A DNA stretch of 34,697 bases from assembly GCA_964534375.1 (NCBI GenBank), contig CAZHPN010000050.1, positions 1 to 34,697 on the forward strand. The letters run 5' to 3'. A model generated the notes under the pieces. That model searched no databases. It saw only the letters and a program-made list of their open reading frames with translations, and was not told the DNA's origin. Origin of the DNA: an uncultured bacterium (GTDB lineage: Bacteria > Lernaellota > Lernaellaia > Lernaellales > Lernaellaceae). Every line of letters begins with the position of its first letter. The first letter of the stretch is position 1. Positions 18,059-26,850 of this stretch are shown here, piece by piece. The position numbers were made by a program, and so were the translations under genes.

Positions 18059-18961
18059 TCACGGCAGCAATCCTTTGGCGACCAGCAGGCGCGCCGCGGC
18101 GTCGGCCAGCAAGGCCGAACCTTCCTTATTAATGTGGATCGGATCGCTGTCCGGGTTGAAGAACAGGTCGGGACGACCGAGAAACTCGGGCACTAGGTCG
18201 AGCAGCACGGCGCCGGTTTCGACGGCGACGCGTTTGGTCGCGTCGATGTACGCGCGGTGCTGGTCGCGAAATTCCCACGTCCCGTCGAGGTACGGCGCCG
18301 TCGCGAAGACCGTGCGCCCGCCGGCCGCGCGGGTCATTTCCGCGATACGCAGCAGATTGTCGCGGTAGTCCGCCAGGCTGACCCGCGGCGTGCCGTTCCG
18401 TGTCGATTTCTTGATCAGCAGGGTCCGCAACAAGCGGTACACGCGGCTGCGCGCGAGGTGTTTTTGCCAGAGGAAAATCCGCGGCGGCGGCAGGCGGACG
18501 TCTTTGTCGGCGACGCCGATTTCGCTGGGCCAGTGGTCGTTCCAGCCGAATTCGGCGACGACCACGTCGGGCTCTTCGCGCAGCAACTCGCGCTGCAGGT
18601 AGAGCCGGCCCTGGAAGCTCGTGTAGCTCGGCACGCCGGCGTTGAAGACCTCGACCGGGCGGCCGTAGCCCAACTCGCGCAGGGCGTCGGGCAACAGGTT
18701 GGGCCAACCGCGGCCGTGGTCCATCACCGTGACCGAATCGGACAGGCAAATAATTTTCACGGCGCGGCCCGTGAACCGCGGCTTGATGTTGGGCAGGCGC
18801 CAGAACAGCACCGGGTCGGGCACGCCGCGCAATTCGGCGATCTCGCGGAAAAAGAAATCGGCCGGCGCGGGCGCGCCCCGATAGTCGATCGCGCGCAATC
18901 CGAGTTCCGTCGCCCCGAAGAAAGCGACCACGGCGACGAGGCTGAAGCAGACCTTTTTCAC
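18059..18961 (-). CDS. SGNH/GDSL hydrolase-family protein with N-terminal membrane anchor
   Basis: Block I ICLSDSVT, block II FNAGVPSYTS, block III EFGWND, block V DPIH. Confidence 0.88.
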   Translation of the reverse strand: MKKVCFSLVAVVAFFGATELGLRAIDYRGAPAPADFFFREIAELRGVPDPVLFWRLPNIKPRFTGRAVKIICLSDSVTVMDHGRGWPNLLPDALRELGYGRPVEVFNAGVPSYTSFQGRLYLQRELLREEPDVVVAEFGWNDHWPSEIGVADKDVRLPPPRIFLWQKHLARSRVYRLLRTLLIKKSTRNGTPRVSLADYRDNLLRIAEMTRAAGGRTVFATAPYLDGTWEFRDQHRAYIDATKRVAVETGAVLLDLVPEFLGRPDLFFNPDSDPIHINKEGSALLADAAARLLVAKGLLP

Positions 18962-18989
18962 TGTTCGCTGTTCACTGTTCGCTGTTCAC
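18955..18989. repeat. Heptamer array (TGTTCRC)x4-5 filling the gene junction
   Basis: ttttcac tgttcgc tgttcac tgttcgc tgttcac; reverse complement of the GAACAGT family. Confidence 0.9.
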
Positions 18990-21049
18990 CACCATGCCGG
19001 CGTCCGCACAAACGCCCAGAGCGCCGGCCCGCCGCGAACCGGCGTGACGCGCGCTTCGATCGTCGCCACGCCGGCGATGTTGTCCGCGACCGCGTCGTCG
19101 TTCGGCTCGGCCTCGCGAGCGCGGTCGACAGCGAATTGCGCCACGGGCACGCCGGGCGCGCCGCACACGTAGCGGAGTTGCCGGCGCAGATTCTTTTCCC
19201 ACAGCAGGGCGCCGCCGCGATCGCGGGCCGCGAGGCGCACGTCGTACGGGCCGGCGGCTTCGGGCCGCACGGTCAATTCGAACAAGACGCGGCGTTCGCT
19301 TGCCAGGGCCGGCGGCGCGAGGGCGTCGGGCCGGGCGGCGACCGTCAGCCGGGCCTCGGTCGGATGAACGACGCCCGTGCCGGTGCGATCGAGTTCCGGC
19401 TCGACGAGGCTCCACTCGGGCCACGATTCGTTGTCATAGCGGGCGGCGCCGGCCAGGCGGTAGACCGCGAATTGGCCGTTGTCGAAGGTCCGCGAGGCGG
19501 CGGGGTCCGCGGCGAGCGCCGGGAACGGGTCCGTCGGCCGCGCGGCGCCGCCGGCTTCGGCGGCCAGCGGCGCGAGCATTCCCAGCATGCCCTCCGTGTC
19601 GCGGCGGTTTTCGATCGCGACGTTCAGGCGCAGGGCGCGCATCATCGCCGGCAGCCCCTCGCGGAACATCTGCAACAGCCGCGCGCGCGGCAGGTCGAGA
19701 AAATTGGGATAATTGTCACGGCCGTGCGCGACGAAGCGGATGAAATCGCCGCTGTTCAACACGCCGCCCGTCGCGCCGGCGGACCGCACCGCCTCGACCT
19801 GCGCCATGTAGAGCCGTTCGACCCGGTCGAGATCGCCGTAGCCGGCCACCAGGCCGTACGCCGTCGCCGCCGCGACGGTCAACGCCGCGGCCGGCTCGAT
19901 CCAGACCGCCCGCCGGCGCGGCCACGCCGCCGCCAGCGCGGTCAGCGTCAATCCGGCCGCGGCGAATTCGACCAGCGCCAGCCACGGCCGGGCGTCCAGG
20001 TGCCACGACGGCCGCCACAGCCGCAGCGCCAGCAACGCCGACGCGAGCAGCGCCCAGGCCGCCGCGACGCCGCCGGCGCCCTGCTCGATGGCCCGCGCCA
20101 ATTCGCGGCCGGCGAACCACGCCGCGACCGGCAACGCCGGCAGCAGCACGCGCGGAAAATGATTGACCGGATTGAGCAGGTAGACGGCGAAAACAGCCGC
20201 CAGAAAAAGCCAGTTCAGTTGTTCGAGCGGCGTCTTCTCGCGCCGCGCCGCCGCCAGCAGCAATCCCGGCGCGAACAGCGGGATGGCCAGCCCGTGCAGA
20301 CTCACCAGGTCTTCCCAACGCGCCGACCAGATCGCCACCGCCAGGTTGAAGCGCCAATCGACTTCGTAATCGTTGAACACCGACCAATGAAATTGCGGCC
20401 AGCGCCACGCCACGGTCGCCGCTACGACGATCGCCCACGCGCCGACGGCGAGCAGCGGCGCCAGCCACCGTCGCCGGACGCGCGCCGCCGGCCGCAGATT
20501 CAGCAGCACGAACACGACGGCGGGAAAGACAAAAACCGCGGCGAAGGTCTTGCACAGAAACGCCCCGCCCCAGGCCAGGCCGGCGAACGCCCCGAGCGAC
20601 GGTTCGTCGCGCGTGACGGCGCGCGCCAGCGTCCACACGCCGAACGCGCCCAGAAACGTCAGCAGCGCGTAGGGCAATTCGCTGACGCTGAAGAACAGCG
20701 CGATCGGCGCCGCCGCGAACAGCGCCGCGGCGAAGAGGCCGGCCGGCAAGCCGCCGTCGTCCTCGCCTTCCTGCAATAAGACCAGCATGGCGCCGACGCC
20801 GGCTGCCGCCGACACAAGCCTCGCGGCCCACAGCTTGACGCCGAGCAGGCGAAACAGCACGGAAATGAGATACGTCGGCAGCGTCGCGGTCAGACTCCAG
20901 CCGGCGCCCTCGGCCTGACTGCGCGCGGCGATCAGCAGATTGGCGCTGTCGTTGTCGAACAGGCCGAACAGCGCCGGCAAGATCGCGCGCGCGGTCAACG
21001 CCGCCGCGAGACTGCACCACACCACCTGCATCGCCCGTGGGTTGGACAC
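18986..21049 (-). CDS. GT-C fold (ArnT/PMT-like) polytopic membrane glycosyltransferase
   Basis: Acidic loop after TM1 (FDNDSANLLIAAR), ARLVSAAAG, SELPY, AFLCKTFA, many TM helices, soluble C-terminal domain; start uncertain (GTG 21049 or ATG 21031). Confidence 0.75.
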   Translation of the reverse strand: MSNPRAMQVVWCSLAAALTARAILPALFGLFDNDSANLLIAARSQAEGAGWSLTATLPTYLISVLFRLLGVKLWAARLVSAAAGVGAMLVLLQEGEDDGGLPAGLFAAALFAAAPIALFFSVSELPYALLTFLGAFGVWTLARAVTRDEPSLGAFAGLAWGGAFLCKTFAAVFVFPAVVFVLLNLRPAARVRRRWLAPLLAVGAWAIVVAATVAWRWPQFHWSVFNDYEVDWRFNLAVAIWSARWEDLVSLHGLAIPLFAPGLLLAAARREKTPLEQLNWLFLAAVFAVYLLNPVNHFPRVLLPALPVAAWFAGRELARAIEQGAGGVAAAWALLASALLALRLWRPSWHLDARPWLALVEFAAAGLTLTALAAAWPRRRAVWIEPAAALTVAAATAYGLVAGYGDLDRVERLYMAQVEAVRSAGATGGVLNSGDFIRFVAHGRDNYPNFLDLPRARLLQMFREGLPAMMRALRLNVAIENRRDTEGMLGMLAPLAAEAGGAARPTDPFPALAADPAASRTFDNGQFAVYRLAGAARYDNESWPEWSLVEPELDRTGTGVVHPTEARLTVAARPDALAPPALASERRVLFELTVRPEAAGPYDVRLAARDRGGALLWEKNLRRQLRYVCGAPGVPVAQFAVDRAREAEPNDDAVADNIAGVATIEARVTPVRGGPALWAFVRTPAWW

Positions 21050-21199
21050 TGCGAACCGCCCCCGCCCGTAGAAAAAAAGGCGGGCGCATTGTATGCCATC
21101 CAACACCGCCGGGCAATTTGTCGCCGCGGTTCGAATTCGCGACGACAGGATCGCAAACTCTACGGCCGCCCGCGCGTGGCGCGCGGCCGATTATGATTG

Positions 21200-21283
21200 T
21201 TTTTTTTTGACAGGATCAACACGGTCAGCGAACAAGGAACAATGAACAACGAACAGTGAACAATAAAATCCCCGTCAAAAAAA
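21200..21283. repeat. Heptamer-array element with inverted ends: TTTTTTGACAGGAT-(GAACARN)x5-ATCCCCGTCAAAAAA
   Basis: Array at 21230-21264 bracketed by imperfect terminal inverted repeats. Confidence 0.85.
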
Positions 21284-21287
21284 CCGC

Positions 21288-23354
21288 TCATGTCGGCGCG
21301 GGCAGTTTTTCGAGCTGCGCCTGAAGCCGTTCGGTTTTCTCCTGGAACTCGGTCCACCGGGCCGTCAGCGCCTCGATTTCATCCTGCACTTCCTGGTAGG
21401 CGCGCAAGAGGCGGCTGTATTTCGCCGAGTCCGCGTAGGCTTCGGGGTCGGACAGCGCGCGCTCCAGCGTCGCTTTTTCGGCCTCGCGGCCGGCGACCTT
21501 GGTTTCGTACGCGGCGGCCTGGCGTTGCGCGTCGTCGAGTTGACGCTCGATCCGGCCGCGTTCGCGGTTGAGCCGCTTGCGCTCTTCGAAACGCGCCTTG
21601 TTGTCGTCCTTGGCGTCGTCCACGGTCGGCGCGGCCGGGCGCGGGCCGGCCTTGGGCGCGGGCGTTTCGGGCAGGAGATTCGCGAGCGGCGCAGGTCGTT
21701 TCACCGTGTCCGGCGCGGCGGGCGTCCGCGGTTCGGGGCGGCGTTGCACGAGTTTGAGATGGTGCAGGTATTCTTCGAGGTTGCCGGGAAATTCCTCGAG
21801 TTGCCCGTTTTCGAGATCCCAGATTTTGGTCGCGAGCCGGTTGATGAACGCCTTGTTGTGGCTGACGAACACCAGCGTGCCGTCGTAGGAGGTCAGCGCC
21901 TCGGCGAGCGCCTCGGCGGAAAACAGGTCGAGGTGGTTGGTCGGCTCGTCCATCAGCAGGAGGTTGCCCGGCTTGACCAGGATGCGCGCCAGGCTGACGC
22001 GCGCCAGTTCGCCGCCGGAGAGCACGCCGATCGGCTTGTCGACCTCGTCGCCGCGGAACAGAAACGAGCCGCAGATCGTGCGCACGTCGGTGCGCGTCAT
22101 CGCCGGGTTGACGCCCCAGACTTCGTCGAGAATCGACCGCTCGCGGCGCAGGCCCTCGGAATGGTGCTGCGCGTAATAGCGCAATTCCACGTTGGCGCCG
22201 TATTCGACCCGGCCCGCCGTCGGCGGCAGTTCGCCGGACATGATGCGCAGCAGCGTCGTCTTGCCGGCGCCGTTGCGGCCGATCAGCGCGATGCGTTCGC
22301 CGCGCACCACCGCGGCCGACAGCCCGTCGTAGAGCTGCAGATCGCCGAAGCGTTGCGTGATCTCGTGCACGGCGACGGGCAGTTTGCCGACGTGCGCGGT
22401 CGGCGGGAAACGGAAATCCATCGTCGCGCGTTCGTGGTCGACGGCGATGACGTCGATCTTTTCGAGCATTTTCTTGCGGCTCTGCACCTGGCGGGCCTTG
22501 CTGGCGTTGGCGCGGAAGCGGCGGATGAAATGCTCGGCCTGGCGCACCTCGGCGTCCTGATTGCGGCGCGCGGCGCGGCGCACTTCGAGTTCGGCCTCGC
22601 GCAGCCGGCGGTATTCGTCATAGTCGCCGGAGTAGGACCGCAGGCCCTCGACCTCGAACGACAGCACCCGGCGAATCTGCCGGTCGAGAAACTCGCGGTC
22701 GTGGCTGATCAGCAGCATTGCGTTCTTGAATTGGCGCAGGAATTCGTCGAGCCACTCGACGCTGGGCACGTCGAGATGGTTCGTCGGCTCATCGAGCAAA
22801 AGCACGTCCGGCTTTTTGAATAGCAGCCCGGCGAGCGCCGCGCGCATCTTCCAGCCGCCGGAAAACTCGGTCAGCGGCCGCGCGAAATCGCGCTCGCGAA
22901 AGCCGAGGCCCATCAGGATGCGCTCGGCCTCGTACGGGCTGAACTCCTGCTCGAAGCGATCGAGGTGCAGATGCAGATCGGCGATGCGTTGGGCGAGTTC
23001 CATTTGGCGGTCGTGATCTTCGCAGTCGTGCAACTCGTCCTCGGCCTGACGCAGCCGGTCTTCCAGGTCGGACTTGCCGGGCACCGCGGCGAGCGTAGTC
23101 GCCAATAACGGGCCGTCGCCGAATTCGAGGATATCCTGCGGCAAATAGCCCAGCGACAAACCGCGCGCGAAATGCAGCCGGCCGTCGTCCAGCGGCTGGC
23201 GGCCGGCGATAATGCGGAACAGCGTCGATTTGCCGGAGCCGTTCGGCCCGATCACGCCGACGCGTTCGCCCGCGGCGACCATGAACCCCGCGCCCTGCAG
23301 AATCGTCCGCGGCCCGAACGCCAGACACAGATTGTCGGCAGTCAATAAACTCAT
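21288..23354 (-). CDS. ABC-F family ribosome-associated ATPase (YheS/Uup-like) with C-terminal coiled coil
   Basis: Two NBDs (GPNGSGKST/FSGGW/LLLDEPTNHLD and GRNGAGKTT/LSGGE/LLMDEPTNHLD), helical linker, no TM segments. Confidence 0.95.
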   Translation of the reverse strand: MSLLTADNLCLAFGPRTILQGAGFMVAAGERVGVIGPNGSGKSTLFRIIAGRQPLDDGRLHFARGLSLGYLPQDILEFGDGPLLATTLAAVPGKSDLEDRLRQAEDELHDCEDHDRQMELAQRIADLHLHLDRFEQEFSPYEAERILMGLGFRERDFARPLTEFSGGWKMRAALAGLLFKKPDVLLLDEPTNHLDVPSVEWLDEFLRQFKNAMLLISHDREFLDRQIRRVLSFEVEGLRSYSGDYDEYRRLREAELEVRRAARRNQDAEVRQAEHFIRRFRANASKARQVQSRKKMLEKIDVIAVDHERATMDFRFPPTAHVGKLPVAVHEITQRFGDLQLYDGLSAAVVRGERIALIGRNGAGKTTLLRIMSGELPPTAGRVEYGANVELRYYAQHHSEGLRRERSILDEVWGVNPAMTRTDVRTICGSFLFRGDEVDKPIGVLSGGELARVSLARILVKPGNLLLMDEPTNHLDLFSAEALAEALTSYDGTLVFVSHNKAFINRLATKIWDLENGQLEEFPGNLEEYLHHLKLVQRRPEPRTPAAPDTVKRPAPLANLLPETPAPKAGPRPAAPTVDDAKDDNKARFEERKRLNRERGRIERQLDDAQRQAAAYETKVAGREAEKATLERALSDPEAYADSAKYSRLLRAYQEVQDEIEALTARWTEFQEKTERLQAQLEKLPAPT

Positions 23355-23408
23355 GGCGCGGGGTTTTACACGATTTGCCGCGCGAACGAAAGCGGCGCGA
23401 AGATGGCG

Positions 23409-23600
23409 TTTTTTGACAGGTTAATTATTTTGACAGAAACAACAAAGCCTGCCCCCGCGAAGGCGGGGGATCATCGGGATCGGCGAACAGTGAGCAGAGA
23501 GCAGTGAACAGCGAACAATGTCCTCCCACAACTCGCTCATACGCCACGCGGAACAGTTCGAATACATGGTCCGGTTGATCCTATTGCTCGTTCTGTCAAA
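23409..23600. repeat. Heptamer-array element with TTTGACAGAA / TTCTGTCAAA inverted ends and an internal REP-like hairpin
   Basis: 10-bp perfect IR at 23429-23438 and 23591-23600; extra TTTTGACAGG at 23411-23420; CCCCCGC-gaag-GCGGGGG at 23452-23469; five GARCAGN-like heptamers at 23485-23519. Confidence 0.8.
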
Positions 23601-23663
23601 GAAACCGCCGCTGGCTCTCCGCGCGGTCTTGCGTCGCCGTCGCCGAAAGGGGATGATGGCGGC

Positions 23664-24644
23664 ATGACGCATGCGCCCGAATTGCGACACCGCGACGGCG
23701 GGTATTCCCTGCGCGACACGCCGTGGTTTTTCGGCCTGGTCGTCGGCGCCCCGATCGGCTTCGTTTTCTTCATGATGTTCACCATTTTTTGGCGCGTGCA
23801 ATTTTCCGGGTTCCGTCTTCTCGGGGCAACGGCGGGCGGCTTTCTGATCGCCTTCGCGCTGTGGACGCTGGTGCAAAAAGGCAGCCGCGCCGTGGTCGAC
23901 AAACTGTTCGGCTGGGGCGGCGAGCCGGATCCGGTCGACGTCGCGCGCAATGCGTTGCTGTCACACATCGAACAGTTCGACCACGCCGGCGACGGCCGGC
24001 AGGCCAACCGGCTCCGCGTCGAGTTGATCGACAAAGGGCTCGCCGTCAATCCGGCGGTCGTCTGTTTCCAAATCGGCCGCGTTTTCGAGGAAACGGTCAA
24101 AAGCCCGCGCGAGGCGCTGCAATGGTATCGCCGCTGCCTCGCCGCCGGCGAAGAGAACAACGCCCATTTCCGCGAGGCGCAGCAGCGCGTGGAGTTGCTC
24201 AAAGACGCGGTCCGCGCCGACGACGCCGATCGCCAGGCGCGTGAGATCGTGATCGCCGACGCCATCGGCGCCGGCGACGACGCGCGCGCCGAAGCGGCGA
24301 TCGCCGACCTCGCCCGGCTGCACCCGCACGGCGAAGCGCCGCAGTTTTTCCGCGGCCTGCTGGCGTCCCATCGCGACGCGCACGCGCTCGCCGCCGGCCA
24401 CTATCGGGAAGCCCTCGCCGTCAACCCCGGCAATGAAAAAGCCGCGTTCAACCTCGCCGTGGCGCTGACGAAGACCGGCGATTTCGTCGCGGCCCGCGCC
24501 GCGTGGCGCGATTTTCTGGCGAAATATCCGGCCACGAGCCCCGAGTTTGCGCAGGCCGCCCGGGCGGCGCTGGCCGAGATCGACGAGCGATCGCAGACGG
24601 AACTTGACTTGCACGCGCGCGACGGCGAGCCAGACGCCGAATAA
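23664..24644 (+). CDS. Membrane-anchored tetratricopeptide-repeat protein
   Basis: Two N-terminal TM helices; TPR-like units (CFQIGRVFE...ALQWYRRCL; AAGHYREALAVNPGNEKAAFNLAVAL). Confidence 0.8.
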   Translation: MTHAPELRHRDGGYSLRDTPWFFGLVVGAPIGFVFFMMFTIFWRVQFSGFRLLGATAGGFLIAFALWTLVQKGSRAVVDKLFGWGGEPDPVDVARNALLSHIEQFDHAGDGRQANRLRVELIDKGLAVNPAVVCFQIGRVFEETVKSPREALQWYRRCLAAGEENNAHFREAQQRVELLKDAVRADDADRQAREIVIADAIGAGDDARAEAAIADLARLHPHGEAPQFFRGLLASHRDAHALAAGHYREALAVNPGNEKAAFNLAVALTKTGDFVAARAAWRDFLAKYPATSPEFAQAARAALAEIDERSQTELDLHARDGEPDAE

Positions 24645-24677
24645 CCAGCCGCGAAACGCTCTCACGGCGCACAACGC

Positions 24678-25325
24678 ATGAACCACGATCTCATTTTGTA
24701 TTACGCGAGACGGGCGGCGGAATACGAACGTCACTACGAAACGCCGGCGCGCGCCGGCGACCTCGCGACGCTCAAGGCGTTGCTCCGGCCGGCCTTTGCG
24801 GGCCGCGACGTGCTCGAGGTCGCGTGCGGCACGGGCTACTGGACGCAGGCGATCGCGGCCAGCGCGCGGTCGATTGTCGGCGTCGATGCGAACGTCGTTA
24901 CGCTCGACATCGCCCGGCGCAAAAGCTACGCCTCTTGCCCCGTCTCCTTCGCCGTCGCGGACGCCTACGATCTGGCCGACGTCGGCGCCGGTTTCACCGG
25001 CGGCCTGTGCGCGTTCTGGCTGTCGCACGTGCCGCGCCGGCGGCTCGCCGAGTTTTTCCCTGTTTTTCACGCCAGGCTGAGCCCCGGCGCGCTCGTCATC
25101 GCCCTCGACGCGATTTATGTCCACGGCCAAAACACGCCGATCTCGCGCACGGATGCGAACGGCGACACTTATCAGAGTCGCACGCTCGCCGACGGTTCGC
25201 TGCACGAGGTGTTGAAAAATTTCTTGCTTGACGATGAGCTGAAAAACGCCGTGGGCGAGCAGGCGTTGGACCTCGAGTTGCGACGGCTCGAATATTACTG
25301 GTTGTTGCGTTACCGCCTCGGCTGA
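24678..25325 (+). CDS. Class I SAM-dependent methyltransferase
   Basis: YYARRAAEYE, VLEVACGTGYWT, VGVD, FWLSHVP, LSPGA. Confidence 0.9.
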   Translation: MNHDLILYYARRAAEYERHYETPARAGDLATLKALLRPAFAGRDVLEVACGTGYWTQAIAASARSIVGVDANVVTLDIARRKSYASCPVSFAVADAYDLADVGAGFTGGLCAFWLSHVPRRRLAEFFPVFHARLSPGALVIALDAIYVHGQNTPISRTDANGDTYQSRTLADGSLHEVLKNFLLDDELKNAVGEQALDLELRRLEYYWLLRYRLG

Positions 25326-25412
25326 GACGCCTCTCGGGCTCGTCAACTAAAAATCCGCGATGGAGCGCACTCGCTCCATCGCGGATTTAGCAGGCAGTCG
25401 CCACGTCGCCCT

Positions 25413-26528
25413 TTACGGTTTTGCCGGCGCGGGCGCCGCGGCCGGCGCGGGCGCCGCGGCCGGCGCGGTCGCCGGCGCGGCCGGGTGCGCCGGCGCGGGC
25501 GCGTGGACAGCGACCGGAGCGCCGGGCACATGCGCCGGCGCAGGCGCGACGACGGGCGCCGGCGCGGGCGCGGCGCCGGCCGCCGGCGCGTCCACCGTTT
25601 TGGCCTTCAACAGGCCGCGCATATTGAGGTTCGTGTAGACGGTCTCGGCCAGCAGCGCAAAGCCTTTTTCATTCGGGATGTAAGTCTTCTGGATCAGATC
25701 CTGCACCTGGTCGTAATCGACCACTTTGTTTCCGAAGCCGCGGACGTCGACAAAAATGCTGCCCTCCTTCCGGCCCAGCATCGCCATCGTCCGATCCACC
25801 CACGGCGAGGCGTCATCCCAATAATTGAGCAGAGCCAAAATGGCCCCGGCCTTTTTCGCTTCGGCTTGCAGCGCCTCGATATCGAGGCCCATCCACTTTT
25901 CCATGTACTCGCGTTCTTTGTCGCCGCGGACGTCGAGCGCCATGTCCCACTTCAATTGATCGAACTTCGGCGGCGTTTTGTCGAGCTTTTTCAACCGCCC
26001 GATGGTGATCGGATCGAACCCAAGGCTCTCGGCCTCGCCGGCCAGGTACTTGAACCAAACGCCCGGGTCGGAACGCCGGCTGTCTTCGGGCAAGATGCGC
26101 GCGTTGGTGAAATTGTGCGGATTATTTTTCCCGGCGTTGTAAATGATGATGGTGGGTTTGAGTTCCGACGTTTGCAGGTAATCGATGACCTTGTCCGCCA
26201 CCTGGCTCGAATTCAGGCCGCCCTGCCCGATATTGATCACGCGATACGGCGTCTCCGGGTGCTTTTGGGCCAGGATCGCGCCAAGCTGCGACGGATAGTC
26301 CAAGCCCTTCGGCACGCCCGTGCCCTCGGTGTGGCTGTCGCCGGCGCACAGGATGTGGAAATCGGCGATAAAGGTCCTAGGTCCCGGTTTATGAACATCC
26401 GCATCCAGGCCGCCGCCAAAAAGCTTTTTGCCGGCGTAGACAAAAATCGATGCGACAACGATGCCGGCCAGGACGATTACAATCGTGACGAGCATCACCT
26501 TCTTTTTCGGCGGTGCGGCTTCGTTCAT
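25413..26528 (-). CDS. SGNH/GDSL-like membrane-anchored protein with Pro/Ala-rich tail; catalytic His apparently absent
   Basis: ILCAGDSHT, INIGQGGLNS, NAGKNN; block V reads KTYIPNEKG; C-terminal PAAGAAPAPAP... Confidence 0.78.
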   Translation of the reverse strand: MNEAAPPKKKVMLVTIVIVLAGIVVASIFVYAGKKLFGGGLDADVHKPGPRTFIADFHILCAGDSHTEGTGVPKGLDYPSQLGAILAQKHPETPYRVINIGQGGLNSSQVADKVIDYLQTSELKPTIIIYNAGKNNPHNFTNARILPEDSRRSDPGVWFKYLAGEAESLGFDPITIGRLKKLDKTPPKFDQLKWDMALDVRGDKEREYMEKWMGLDIEALQAEAKKAGAILALLNYWDDASPWVDRTMAMLGRKEGSIFVDVRGFGNKVVDYDQVQDLIQKTYIPNEKGFALLAETVYTNLNMRGLLKAKTVDAPAAGAAPAPAPVVAPAPAHVPGAPVAVHAPAPAHPAAPATAPAAAPAPAAAPAPAKP

Positions 26529-26850
26529 CGGCTCTCACTCCTTGTGGCGCTGTTGGTTCGGCACGGATGCATATTCTTTCCGGAAAAACTTCCACGATCC
26601 CGGACCGTTGTCAACCGGCCCGCGTCGTCGTAGCGCTCTCCCAGTCTGCTTGCACTCGCGCAACGCTCAAACACGGCGAATGTTAGCCTCTTTTTCGCGC
26701 GCCGGTCAACAATCTTCTCAACGCCCATTATAATTCGCCGAGCGGCCCAGGTTGACGCGGAACCGGGTTCGGCGCTACTCAATGTACACAACGCCGGCCG
26801 CCGGCGACGGGCGCCGCCGGCGCTCGCGCGAGGCCGCCGAAGGAGGCGAA

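Noticed and set aside
18000..21221. Composite transposon carrying the SGNH and GT-C genes between the 17-bp inverted copies
   Set aside because: No transposase or target duplication seen; each copy is better explained as the end of its own small repeat element.
21288..23354. Antibiotic-resistance ABC-F (ARE) call
   Set aside because: Nothing visible distinguishes it from housekeeping YheS/Uup-type proteins; a subfamily HMM would be needed.
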